Assembly: GCF_009914755.1 (NCBI RefSeq)
Contig: NC_060929.1
DNA length: 64,000 nucleotides
Direction: 5' to 3' (one strand)
Source: the human T2T-CHM13v2.0 reference genome, Homo sapiens
This document shows positions 38,501 through 52,931 of the stretch, piece by piece. The notes under the pieces are model-generated. The model did not search any database. It had not been told where the DNA came from and saw nothing but the letters and a program-made list of their open reading frames with translations. Positions within the stretch are counted from its first letter, which is position 1; every line of letters begins with the position of its first letter. A program made the translations under genes and the position numbers.

Positions 38501-39259
38501 ACTTTCACTGAAGACACTGTAGGAGACACATTGCACATAGTGCTCTACTCCAATCTTAGAAGTAATCCTTTTTCTAATCCTATACATGTTTCAAGGCCAG
38601 GTTCTGATCTTCCCTTAGAAATTCTTCACAATCACCCTGACCTTCATAAATATTTTCTTTGGGTGATCTTTTTTGTCTCAATTATTTATCTTACTCTTCC
38701 TTGTCCTGTCTTCCCACTGGGTTGTTAGCTGCTTAAAGGAGGAGACCTTAGATTCTAACTTCATGTATCCTCAGAGCCTAACACAGTGGCCTTGAACATC
38801 ATTCAAGACTGTGGAACTCTCATTTCTTAAAGAAATCAGAAAACCATTGTACCACAGGAGAAAGCTGTTTGTACAGTTCACATTTCAGGACAGTCATCTT
38901 TGGCTGCATACTTGCAGGCTTATTCTGCAGAATTACATTGCTCTAAACACTTCTCACACTAAGGAGACTGAAGATTTAGGGCCAGAAATGTCTCCCCTAG
39001 CAGTTTTCCTTTCAGCTTCATTCCTGAAATGGGATTGGGATAAGCATTTGTAATATCTGATCTTTGTGAGAGTTAGAGCAGGCTGGCAAAAAGCAAAAAG
39101 ATCACAGACCTTGGAATCACACAAGCCTCAGTTTAAATTCTAAGTCAGCCACTTAGTAACTGTATTATCTAATGGGAATTACTTAGTGTATTTAAACATT
39201 AACATATTCCCTGTAACTTGAAAATATGATTCCTACATTTGAATGTTGGGAAGTATTCC

Positions 39260-40348
39260 TGCCTTTACCACAACTAAATATACTGTAATACAATTCAATT
39301 TAATGTTAACCACCTGAAGTTAGCATCAGATCAGCATGGTTCATAACAAGACTGTATATTAGACATCAATTATAAATTATGTGGATCCACAAGCCACCTG
39401 CATTCTGACTAACAAACTACCAATCCAAGACTTTTCTACTCTGCCCCTCGTGTTTGATAATTTGCTAGAATGACTTACTGAACTCAGAAAAGTAATACTT
39501 ATGATTACAGTTTTATTATAAAGTATACCCATAGGGTGAGGTCTGGGAGGAAACACGGAGCTTCCATGCCTCTCCCTGTGGACTGAGGGTGAATCACTCC
39601 CTTGGCACATCAGTGTTTTAATAAATTAGTAAACTCCACTGAGCCTTGTTGTCTAGAGGTTTTATTGAGGCTTGATTGCATAAGCATAATTCATTAGCTC
39701 ATTAGCCATGTGATATGGTTTGGATGTTTTGTCCTCTCCAAATCTCATGTTGAAATGTGACCTCCAATGTTGAGTTGGGCCTGTAGGGAGGTGTTTGCAT
39801 AATGGGGGTGGATTCCTCATGAATGGCTTGGTGCCATCCCCATGGTAATGCATGAGTTCTCACTCTGGTAGTTGATGTGAAAGCTGGTGATTTAAAATAG
39901 CCTGGCACCCCGTCTTGCTTCCCTTTTTGTCATCTACTCTAATTGTTAGCTTCCTGATGCCCTCACCAGAAGCTGATGCCAGCACCATGCTTCATGTACA
40001 GCCTGCAGAACCATGAACCAAATAGTCCTCTTTTCTTTATAAATTACCCAGTCTCAGGTATTTCTTTATAGCAATGCGAACAGACAAACATACCATGTGA
40101 CTTAACTCAATCTCTTGTTCCTCTCCTTTCCCCCAAAATTAAGATCGTCTAAAGTGCCAACTCCCTAATCACATGGTAGGTTTTTCTGGTGATCAGCTCA
40201 ACTCGCCCAGAAGAAGCTATCTAGGAGTCCACCATGAGTGACCTAATTAGCATAGCAAAGACTCTATCACTCAGGAAATGTCAAGGATTTTAGAAGTTCC
40301 ATGCTAGGAACCCAGGACAAAGACTAGACAAATTCTTTATCATACTAC
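39260..40348 (-). mobile_element. MER21-family LTR, split by MSTB
   Basis: tttgataatttgctagaatgacttactgaactcagaaaag...ggagcttccatgcctctccc... resuming after the MSTB with ctcaatctc...ccaccatgagtgacctaattagcata...ggaacccaggacaaagac. Confidence 0.75.
39711..40092 (+). mobile_element. MSTB-like MaLR solo LTR
   Basis: tgatatggtttggatgttttgtcctctccaaatctcatgttgaaatg...ataaattacccagtctcaggtatttctttatagcaatg. Perfect TSD CCATG at 39706-39710 and 40093-40097. Confidence 0.9.
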
Positions 40349-40438
40349 TGGAAGATTATGAAATAATGAATAAAAATACACTTTCGTTGAGAAAAAGTGG
40401 ACACAGAATAAAGCACTAAGTTTAAAAAACTAAGTTTT

Positions 40439-43400
40439 TAATTTCAATAGTTTCAGGGGAACAGGTAATTTTTGATTACATAAATAAGTTTTTTAGCAGT
40501 GATTTCTGAGATATTGGTGCACCTGTCAACCAAGCAGTGTCCACTATGCTCAATATGTAGTCTTTTATCCTTCATCCCCCCATCATTTTTCTCCCCAGGT
40601 CCCCAAAGTACATTCTATCATTCTTATGCCTTTGCATCCTCATGGCTTAGCTCCCACTTATAAGCAAGAACATACAATATTTTGTTTTCCATTCCTAAGT
40701 TACTTCACTTGGAATAATGGTCTCCAACTCCATCAAAGTTGCTGCAAAAGCCATTGTTTCACTTTGTTTTATGGCTGAGTAGTATTTCATAGTGTACATA
40801 TAGCACATTCTCTTTATCCACTTGTTGGTTGATGGGTGCTTAGGTCAGACCTAAGTTCCATACTTTTGCAATTGCAAACTGTGCTGTTATAAACAGGCAT
40901 GTGCATGTGTCTTTTTCATATAATGACTTTTTTTCCTTTGGATATGATGTGGTTTGGCTCTGTGTCCAACACTAATACATGGTGTTGCACCTATGGGTGC
41001 ACAGAAATTAAGAATTGAAGTTTGGGAACCTCTGCCTAGACTTCAGAGGATGTATGGAAACATCTGGATGTCTAGGCAGAAGTTTGCTGCAGTAGTGGAG
41101 CCCTCATGGAGAACCACTGCTAGGGCAGCGTGGAAGGAAACTGTGGGGTTGGAGCCCCCACCCAAATCTCATTTTGAATTGTAGTTTCCATAATCCCCAT
41201 GTGTTGTGGGAGAGATCCAGTGGGAAGTAATTTAATCATGGGGACATTTATCCTCATGCTGTTCTCATGATAGTGAGTGAGTTCTCATGGGACCTGATGG
41301 ATTTATAAGGGGCCTTTTCTCCTTTTCCTCAGTACTACTTCTCCTTCCTGATGCCACGTGAAGAAGGACATGTTTGGTTACCCTTCTGCCATGATTCTGA
41401 GTTCCCTGAGGCCTCCTCAGCCCTGCAGAACTGTGAGTCAATTAAACCTCTTACCTTTATAAATTACCCAGTCTTGGGCAGTTCTTTATAGCAGCATGAG
41501 AACGGACTAATACAGTAAATTGGTACTGCAGAGAGTGTGGTGCTGCTGTAAAGATACTAGAAAATGTGGAAGCAACTTTGGAACTGGGTAACAGGCAGAG
41601 ATTGAAACACTTTGGAGGACTCAGAAGAAGACAGGAAAATGGGAAAGTTTGGAATTTCCTGGAGACTTGAAGGGCTCAGAATATAGGAAGGCGTGGGAAA
41701 GTATGAAAATTCCTAGAGACTTGTCGAATGGCTTTGAAAAAAAATCTGATAGTGATATGGACAATGAAGCTCAGGCTGAGGTGGTCTCAGATGGAGATGA
41801 GGAATTTATTGGGAACTAGAGCAAAGGCGATGCTTGTTATGCTTTAGCAAAGAGACTGGAGGCATTTTGCCCCTGCCCTAGAGATCTGTGGAACTTTGAA
41901 CTTGAAGGAGATGATTTAGGATATCTGGTTGAGGAAATTTCTAAGTGGCAAAGTGTTCAAGAAGCAGAGCATAAAAGTTTGGAAAATTTACAGAATGATG
42001 AAGCAATGAAAAAGAAAAACCCATTTTCTGGGGAGAAATTTAAGCCTGATGCAGAAATCTGCATAAATAACGAGTAGCTGAGTGTTAATCACCAAGGCGA
42101 TGGGGAAAATGCCTCCAGGGCATGTCAGAGACCTTCACAACTGCCTCTGTTATCATAGGCCTGGACGCCTTGGGGGGAAAAATGGTTTCATGAGCTAGGC
42201 CAGGGCCCCCCTGCAGTATGCAGCTTTGGGTATGGTGTCCTGTGTCCCAGCTGCTTTAGCTCCATCTTTGGTAAAAAGCATCAAGGTACAGCTTGGGCCA
42301 TTGCCTTAGAGGGTGCAAGCCCCAAGCCTTGGTGGCTTACATGTGGTGTTGGACCTGCAGGTGCACAAAGGTCAAGAAATGAGATTTGGGAACCTACACC
42401 TAGATTTCAGAGGATGTATGGAGACAGCTGGATGTCCAGGCAGAAGTTTGCTGCAGGGGTGGAGGCTTCATGGAGAACCTCTGTTAGGGCAGTGTGGAAA
42501 GGAAATGTGGTGTTGGAGCCCACACACAGAGTCCCCACTGTGGCACTGCCTAGTGGAGCTGTGAGAACAGGGCCACCATCTTCCAGCCCCCAGGATGGTA
42601 GATCCACCAACAGCTTTCACCATGCACCTGGAAAAACTGCAGACACTCAACATTAGCCCATGAAAGCAGCCAGGAGGGGTGCTGTTTTCTGCAAAGCCAC
42701 AGGAGCTGAGCTGCCCAAGGCTGTGGGAGCCCACTTCTTACATCAGTTTGCCCTGGATGTGAGACATGGAATCAAATGAGATCATTTTGGAGCTTTAAGA
42801 TTTAGCTGCCCTGCTGGATTTCGGATTTGCATGGGACCTGTAGCCCTGTCCTTTGGCTGGTTTCTCCCATTTGGAATGGGTGTGTCTACCCAATGCCTGT
42901 ACTCCCATTGTATTTAGGAAGTAACTAACTTGCTTTTGATTTTACAGGCTCATCGGTAGCAGGGACTTGCCTTGTCTAAGATGAGACTTTGGACTTGGAC
43001 TTTTGGGTTATGCTGGAATAAGTTAAGATTTTGGGATACTGTTAGAAGGGCATGATTGTGTTTTGAAATGTGAGGACATGATATTTGGGAGGGGACAAGG
43101 GTGGAATAATATGGTTTGGCTCTGTGTCCCCACCCAAATCTCACCTTAAATTGTAGTTCCCATAATCCCCATATGTCATAGAAGGGACCTGGTAGGAGGC
43201 AATTTAATCATGGGGGAGGTTACCCTCATGCTGTTCTTGTGATAGTGAGTGAGTTCTCGTGAGATCTGATGGTTTTATAAGGGACTTTCCCCCCTTTTAC
43301 TCGGCACTTCTTCCTGCCACCAAGTAAAGAAGGATGAGTTTGCTTCCCCTTCCACTATGATTATAAGTTTCCTGAAGCCTCCCCAGCCCTGCAGAACTGT

Positions 43401-45543
43401 GAATCAATTAAGCCTCTTTCCCTTATAAATTACCCAGTCTTGGGCAGTTCTTTATAATAGTGTGAGAATAGACTAATACAGGGTAGATACCGAGTAGTGG
43501 GATTGCTGGCTCAAATGGTAGATCTCCTTTTCATTCTTTAAGGGATCTCCATACTGCTTTCCGTAGTGGTTGTACTAGTTTACATTCCCATCATCAGCAT
43601 AAAAGTGTTCCTTTTTCATCACATCCACACCAACATCTATTTTTTTATGTTTAAATTATGGCCATTCTTGCAGGAGTAAGGTGGAATCTCATTGTGATTT
43701 TCATTTTCATTTCACTGATAACTAGTAATGTTGAACATTTGTTTTCATGTTTATTGACTGTTTGTATATCTTCTTTTGAGAATTATCTATTTATGTCCTT
43801 TGATCACTTTTTAATGGAATTGTTTTTTTCTTGCTGATTTCTTGTTTGAGTTCCTTGTAGATTCTGGATATTAGTCTTTTGTTGGATGTATAGTTTGCAA
43901 ATATTTTCTCCCACTCTGTGGGTTGTCTGTTTGCTGATTATTTCTTTGGCTGTGCAGAAGCTTTTTAGTTTAATTAGGCCCCATTTATTAATTTTTGTTT
44001 TTGTTTCATTCGCTTTTGGGTTCTTAGTCATGAATTATTTGCCTAAGCTAATGTCTAGAAGAGTTTTTCTGATGTTATCTTCTAGAATTTTTATGGTTTC
44101 AGGTCTTAGATTTAAGTCTTTGATTCATCTTTAGTTGATTTTTATATAAGTTGGAGATGAGGACCCAGTTTCATTATTCTGTATGTGGCTTGCCAGTTAT
44201 CCCGGCACCATTTATTGAATAGGAAGTCCTTTCCCCCACTTTATGTTTTTGTGTGCTTCATGAATCAGTTGGCTGCAAGTTTGCCAAAGATCAGATGGCT
44301 GTAAGTATTTGGCTTTACTTTGGGTTCTCTATTCTGTTCTATTTGTGTACATGGCTATTTTTATACCAGTACCATGCTGTTTTGGTAACTATAGCCTTTT
44401 AGTATAATTTGAAGTTGGGTAATGTGATGCCTCCAGATTTCTTCTTTTTGCTTAGCATTGCTTTGGCTCTAGGGACGCTTTTTGCAGTTCCATATGAATT
44501 TTAGGATTGCTTTTTCTATTTTTGTGAAGAATAATAATGGTATTTTTGTGGGAATTGCATTAAATCTGTGGATTACTTTTAGCACTGTGATCATTTTCAC
44601 AATATTGATTCCACCCATTAATGAGCATGAAATGTGTTTCTATTTGTTTGTGTCATCTATAATTACTTTCAGCAGTGTTTTGTAGTTTTCCATGTAGAGA
44701 TTTTTCACCTCCTTGATTAAGTACATTCACAAGTATTTTTTAGTTTTTGCAGCTGTTGTAAAAGGGATTGAGTTCTTAATTTGATTCTGAGCTTGGTTGT
44801 TGTTGGTGTATAGTAGTGCTATTGATTTATGTATATTAATTTTGTATCCTGAAACTTTAGTGAATTCATTTATGAATCTAGGAGCCTTTGGGACGAGTCT
44901 TTAGTGTTTTCCAGGTATATTATCACATCATCAGAAAACAACAACAGTTTGACTTCCTCTTTTCCGATTTGGATGCCCTTTATTTCTTTCTCTTGTCTAA
45001 TTGCTCTGGCTGGGACTTCCAATATTATGTTGAATAGAAGTGGTGAAAGTGGGCATCCTTGTCTTGTTCCAGTTCTCAGGGAGGATGCTTTCAACTTTTC
45101 CCCATTCGGTATTATGTTGGGTGTGGGTTTGTCAAAGATGGCTTTTATTACTTTAAGGTATAACCCTTCTATATTAATTTTGTTGAGAGTTTTTATCAAA
45201 AAGAGTGCTGAATTTTGTCAAATGCTTTTTCTGTGTCTGTTGAGATGATCATATTTTTGTTTTGAATTCTGTTTATGTAATGTATCACATTTATTGACTT
45301 TCATATGTTAAATCATCTCTGCATCCCTAGTATGAAACCCAGGTGATCAGGATGTATTTTTAAATATGCTATTGGATTTAGCTAGTCACTATTTTGTTGA
45401 GAATATTGCATCTATGTTCATCAAGGATATTGATCTCTGGTTTTCATTGTTGTTGTTATGCACTTTCGTGGTTTGGGTATTAGGGTGATACTAGCTTAAT
45501 AGAATGATTTAGGCAGGATTCCTTCTTTCTCCATCATTTGGAA
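40439..45543 (-). mobile_element. 5'-truncated L1PB, host of THE1
   Basis: L1PB-type 3' end (tcaatagtttcaggggaacagg...gatttctgagatattggtgcacc) and ORF2 RT peptide (44870-45199). Degenerate TSD TAAAAA(A/T)CTAA(G/C)TTTT at about 40423-40438 and 45544-45559. Confidence 0.88.
40945..43480 (+). mobile_element. Full THE1 element (THE1C-like LTR-int-LTR)
   Basis: 5' LTR 40945-41514 (interrupted), internal region 41515-43106, 3' LTR 43107-43480. Both LTRs end GACTAATACA. TSD GGATA/GGGTA. Confidence 0.93.
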
Positions 45544-48500
45544 TAAAAATCTAACTTTTATGATAAACTATTATGCTGTTCTCCACCTTCCTTCCTCTTT
45601 TTCTGCTCTCCAGAACTCTGTCAATATTTCAGCCATTTAAAAGATGCAGTCTATGTAATGGGTATTGTATTCATGGCATAACTCAACATGAAAAAGAATC
45701 TGTTATAACTTATGTTTGTACTTAATTGATAAAATAAGGAACACTTCCAATGAAATAGTTTTAGCCACTTTTCAGAAATGTTTTTAAAACAGAAAGAAAA
45801 GAGAATTCTGGGTGACCTCCCCAGGATAATGTAATGAGAAGGGATGGTGATAAAAACAAAATCTGATCTTGTCATAGTAACAAACATGGTAAACTCACAT
45901 GCTGAAGACTTAGATGTTCCAAAAAGATCTGTGATCTGCACATTCACCAAAGCCATTTTACTTCTGCATTCAGGCATGAATGCTTTTGAGATGTTTTCTT
46001 TTGAGGTTTCTACATCACCTGTGCCCACCAGGTCTTGAGAGTGGGCAAAAAAATGCTCACACAAAGCCTTTAGGTGGGCCTACTGCAGGAACCACTGTGA
46101 GCCACACATCATTTCCCTGTCATGAGTTTGAACAACACTTCTTTGAGTTTTTTTTGTTTCTGTCATCCCAGAGTTTATTCCTATCATCTTGAAATGTCAG
46201 ATAATCAGAAACATAAAAATGTGCAGAGGTAGCATGACCTCTGTTTAATAGTCTGATGAAAGGAGAAAGGAATTAATTCCATGCTAATCTTTCATTAGAT
46301 TGTAAGCTCCTAGATCATGGATATTAATGTTAGTCACCGTGTGTGTTCAATACAAGGTCTCCTGTCTGACATATAGCAAGTAGCTGATGTCAGATAGTAG
46401 AATAATACATGAAGGAGGCCCTCAATAGAAATGGAATGCTGGGACCCACAGTAAAATTCATTTTTCTTTTATTCCCCTGGGGATCACAACAAGCTCCCTC
46501 TGAGTCTTTTTCCAGTTGTTTACATCACTGGAATGATGTGTCATTGTAAGGATATTATAAGAGGTCAGTGCAAGTGATATAGACAAATGTTCATATTACC
46601 ATATTTAGTGAAGAAAGAACTAGGTTACAAAATTAAGTATCAGTATAATTCCAGCACTAATCCTTAGATAATATTCACATATAGGAAAAAATATTGGGGC
46701 AGTATATCAACATATACTTTTTAATAAAACATAAACTTTTTAATCATGGCATTACTGTTTATGGTTCATTCTCTTCTTTATTCTCTTCAACATGTTTACA
46801 GTGCTTATGCATTCATTTAATCATAATAAAATTATTTTAAGAAAACACTGTATGTTTGTGTATAAATTGTCCTGTGATTATTTTCACCCTATTTCCTATG
46901 TGTCTGTATGATAATCTTATCTCCCAAGTGGAATTAAACTCCTGCACAATAGGCACAATGCCTCCCACTGACTCCAAACATGGCACATTATTTCCCTTAA
47001 AGAACAGGCTGATGATTCAAACAAGATACCTAGGAGCAGAATACCTTTAGAATGGTTCCAAGTCAAACAAAGGGGTGGAGCAAGATGTTGGAGTAGGACT
47101 CTCCAGTGATTGTTCTCTAGTGGAAACATCAATGAGAACAATTGTCCATGCACAAATAGATTTTCACAAGAACTAAGGAAACTAGGTGAGAGATCATAGT
47201 ACCTGGTTTTAGGATAATAATTTTAAAAGACACATTGAATATAGTAAAAAGGATTTATTGCCCTCATTACCACTTCCTCCATCCCATGCAGTGTAGTATG
47301 GAAAGAGACACCATAAGACTGGGGAAAAGAGAGGGGAGTAAGTATAGGACTTTGCCTTGGAATTCAGTAATGACCCACCACTGGGATAAATGCCATGACC
47401 CTTGACTCCAGGCCAGTTCCTGCAGATGGAGCCTATAGATCCACCCTGATGCTAGATGAGAACTTATGGCCCCAGCAAAAAGAACTCAAATTCTGTGTTG
47501 CATCACTGCCAACTGACTACAGCAGCCTCAGGTCCTGTATAAACCTCAGCAGCAGGCAGACTGTAGCCCATGGGCTTTGGGCATGCCTCAGTACTGTGCC
47601 AGTCTCATCAGCAGTGAGCACTGTGTTTGACTGAGCACTTCATCAGCCTCAGTGGCCACAAGACTGCCATATCACTCCTCCCCAAGCTCTGGGCAGTGTA
47701 GCACAGAAAGGGATACTGTCTGCTTGGGGAAGAAGAGGGAATTAAGCATATGACTTTGCTTTGGAACCTAGAACTGGGCCCACCACAGTAAAATCCAGCA
47801 CTGCGAATAACCCCATGGCTCATCAATTTAGGCTGGTGCTCAGAGACAGAGCCTCTAGATCTGTCCCAATGCCAGATGGGAATCTGTGGCTCCAGTAAGA
47901 CAGACTAAAATTTTAGCTTTCATAATCACCAACTGACTACAGGGACTTTGGGCCCTTAATAAACTTCAGTGGCAGGCAGGCCATAGAGGCTGTACTTCCC
48001 CAGTGCTGCACTAATCTCAGTAGCCACGGGCTTCAGGTGCATGAGTACTGTGTCAACTTCAGCAGCAATGGGATTCTGACTGAGTCAGTCCTGGGCTTAG
48101 GGCACTCTCTGGCACTATACTGGCTAAAGAGCTCATGGGCTTAGGGACTTCAGGAGTACACCTTTTTTTGAATATTGGGACAAGCTTACTGTTGAAGAAC
48201 TCCCCTAAACAAAGCTAGACTGTGAAGACAGAATTAGGTACCTATATCAATGCGGATACATCAATGCATGGCCTTAAGCATCAAGAATAATCAGGGGAAT
48301 ATGACATCACCAAATGAACAAAATAAGATGCTAGTGACTGACCATAAAGAGATGTAGATAAAGAACTTCCTGACAAAGAATTCAAAATAATTGTTTTAGG
48401 AAGCTTAGTAAACTTCAGAAAAATACAGAAAAAAATTTAGAAATTTATCAGAGAAATTTGATGGAGAAATTGAATTAATTTTTTAAAAGTGGAGCTGAAA

Positions 48501-49009
48501 AATACAATAAACAAAATGAAAGATACAAATAGGGGACATCAACAGCAGAACTGATCAAGCAAAAGAAAGAACCAGTGAACCTGAAGGCAATTTATTTGAA
48601 AATATATATACAGTGAGAGGAGAAAACAATGAAAAAGAATAAAGTTTACAGGGTTTATGAGATAATATCAAAAGAGCAAATGTTTGAGTCATCAGTGTTC
48701 AAGAGGGAGTAGAGAAAGGAGTAAAAAGTTTATTTAACTAAATAATAGCACAAAATGGTTCAAAACTGGAGAATGATGTGAATATCAATTTACAGGAAGG
48801 GCAAAAGTTGCCAATCAGATTCAATCTAAAATACAGATACCAGATAATATATTATAATCAAGCTGTCAAAAATCAAACACAAAGCGAGAATGCAGAAAGC
48901 AGCAAAAGAAAAGAAGCAAATAACATATAAGGGAGTTTCAATATGCATAAAGCAGATGTCTCAGCAGAAATTTTACAGGCCAGGAGAAAGTAGGATAATA
49001 TATTCAAAG

Positions 49010-49029
49010 CACACACACACACACACACA
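49010..49029. repeat. (CA)10 microsatellite within L1 ORF1
   Basis: cacacacacacacacacaca. Confidence 0.85.
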
Positions 49030-50596
49030 ATCTTTCAACTAAAAATACTGTACACAGCAAATCTGTACTTCAGAAATGAAGGAAAGATAAATACTTTTCT
49101 AGATAAATAAAAGCTGAGGAAGTCCATTACCACCAGACGTGTCTTACAGGAAATGCTAAAGGGAGTTCTCCAAGCTAAAAGAAAACGATGCTAATGAGTG
49201 GCACAAAAAACATCTGAAAGTACATTTTTCATACTCACTGGTAAAAGAAAGGACACAATCAAATTGTGAATACTCTTATGATATAATGGTGTGTAAATCA
49301 CATATCTTTAGTATGAAGGTTAAAAAACTATTAAAGTAATAGCAGTAACAATTCTTAAGGGATATGCAATATAAAAAGATGTAAATTGTGACAGCACAAT
49401 TCAAAATGTGAAAGGTGGAGACTGGAGTTAAAGTATAGACTTTTGGTGGGTTTCTTTTTCTTTTTATTAATGAAAGTTGTTATTAGTTTAAAATAACCAG
49501 ATACAAACGTAAGTATGATAGTTTTTTTGTAAGCTTCATGGTAGCCACAAAGCAAAAACTTAAATATATATACTAAAAATAAAAAGCAAAAAATCAAACA
49601 CAAAACTGAGAAAATTATTTAACCACAAAGGAAGACAGTGGGAGAGGAAGAAAGGAAAAAAAGAATCAACAAAACAACTAGAAAGCAATGAAAAAAATGA
49701 CAATAGTAAGTTCTTATCTAACAGTAATTACTTTGAATGTAAATGAAGTAAATTTTACAATTAAAAATTATACAGTAGCTGCATGGATTTTAAAAAAGAA
49801 AATTATATGCTGCTGACAAAAGACTCACTTTACTAGTAAGGACACACATTGACTAAAAGTGAAGGGATGAAAAAAGACATTTCATGCAAAGGGAAACCAG
49901 AAGAGAGTGGAATAGCTATAATTATATCAGATAAAATGGACTTTATGTCAAAAAGTAAAAAAAGAGGCAAACAACGTCATCATACAATGATAGGCAAGGG
50001 GATATAAGAATTGTAAATATATATGCACTCAATATCAAAGCACCCAATGTCAAAGTCAACTATTAATAGTTCTAAAAGGAGAGATAGATTGCAATACAGC
50101 AACAGTAAGAGATTTCAACATCCCTTCTTCAGCAATGAATAGATCATCCAGATAGAAAATTAATAAAGAAATAATTGGGTTTAAACTGCTCTAGACCCAA
50201 TAGACCTAAAAGATATTTACAGAACTTTTCATCCAACAGCTGCAGAATACACGTTCCTCTCAACTGAACATGGAACATTCTCCAGGATAGAACATATGTA
50301 GCCACAGAACAAGTTTTAACAAATTTAAGAAGACTGAAATCATATAAAATATCTTTTCAGACCACAAAAATACAAATCTAGAAATCAGTAACAGGAGAAA
50401 CCTTGGAAAATTTGCAAATCTATGGAAACTAGAAAATATGCTTCTAAACAATCAATGGGTCAATAAAGAAATTAAAAGGGAAATTAAAAAAATTTCTAGA
50501 GACAAATGAAAATGGAAACACAACATACCAAAACCTATGGGGAACAGTTATAAGAGAGAATATTACAGCAACAAATGTTTACATTAAAAAAAAAAA

Positions 50597-50914
<318 letters not shown>

Positions 50915-51985
50915 CTAATAATGCACCTAAAGGAACTAGAAAAAACACCCAAAACTAGTGGAAAGAAAGAAATAATAAAGATTTAAGCAGAAATATGTGA
51001 AATAAAGTCTAAAAGTAATTTTAAAAGATCAATGAAACAAAGACTTGTATTTTCAAAACGATAAACAAAACTGACAAACTTTTAGCTAAACTAGGAAAAA
51101 ACGAGAGAAGACCCAAATAAAATTAGAGAGGAAAAAGATAACATTACAACCAATAACACAGAAATAAAAAGAATAATAATAGACTATTAGGAACAATTCT
51201 ATACCAACAAATTGGAACACCTAAAAGAAATGGATAAATTCCTGGACACATACAACATACCAAGATTAAACTAAGAAGAAACAGAAAACCTATATAGTCC
51301 AAAAGATGTGTAATAAGATTAGATAAGCAATAAAAATGTTTTCATCAAAGAAAAGCCCAGAACCTGATAGTTTAATTGTCAAATCTTACCAAGAAATTAA
51401 AGAACTAATAGTAATTATTCTCAAACTATTTCAAAAAAATTAAAGAGAAGTGAATTATTTTAACCTTTTTCTGTGAGGCCAATATTACCCTGATACTAAA
51501 CCAGACAAGGACACAACAAAAAAGAGAACTGCAGGTAAATATCCCTGATGGACATAGATGCAAAAATCCTGAATAAATATAGCAAACTAAATGCAACAAC
51601 ACATTAAAAAAATCATTCACCATGATCAAGTGGGATTCATCCCAAGGATGCCAGAATGGTTTGACATATGCAAATCAGTAAATGTGACATATCATGTTAA
51701 CAAAATAAAGGCCAAAACCTGTATGATCATTTCAATAGATGCAGAGAAAGAATCTGACAAAATTCAGCATTCCTTCATGACCATAAAAATCTCTTCATAA
51801 ATTAAATATAGATGGAATGTATCTCAACACAATAAAGGCCAATTAAAACAAACCCACAGCTAACATAATACTGAATGGGAAAAAGTTGAATTTTTTTTCT
51901 CTAGGATCTGGAAAAAGACAAGTATGTCCACATTCACTGCTTTTATTCAACAAAGTACCAGAAGTCCTAGCCAGAGCAATCAGGT

Positions 51986-52429
51986 AAAAGACTTGGAACC
52001 AACCTAAATGTCCAACAACGATAGACTGGATTAAGAAAATGTGGCACATATACACCATGGAATACTATGCAGCCATAAAAAAATGATGAGTTCATGTCCT
52101 TTGTTGGGACATGGATGAAACTGGAAACCATCATTCTCAGCAAACTATCACAAGAACAAAAAAACCAAACACCGCATGTTCTCACTCATAGGTGGGAATT
52201 GAACAATGAGAACACATGGACACAGGAAGGGGAACATCACACACTGGTGACTGTTGTGGGGTGGGGGGAGCGGGGAGGGATAGCATTAGGAGATATACCT
52301 AATGCTAAATGACGAGTTAATGGGTGCAGCACACCAACATGGCACATGAATACATATGTAACAAACCTGCACGTTGTGCACATGTACCCTAAAACTTAAA
52401 GTATAATAATAATAAAATTTAAAAAAAAA
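51986..52429 (+). mobile_element. Young L1PA (L1PA3/4-like) 3' fragment nested in L1MA
   Basis: Near-consensus 3'UTR: gggaggg atagcattaggagatatacctaatgctaaatgacgagttaatgggtgcagcacaccaacatggcacat...aaaacttaaagtataataataa. Confidence 0.93.
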
Positions 52430-52597
52430 GACAGAAATGAAAGGTAACGAAACTGGAAAGAAGGAAGTTAAATTGTCTCTGTTTGTGGATGACATGATTT
52501 TATATATAGAATACTCTAAAGACTCCACAAAAAACTGTTGAAACTGATAAATAAATTCAGTAAGTTGCAAGACACAAAATCAACATACAAAATTAGT

Positions 52598-52931
<334 letters not shown>

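Noticed and set aside
45651-46064. 137-aa minus-strand ORF
   Set aside because: No homology recognised; composition typical of random AT-rich DNA.
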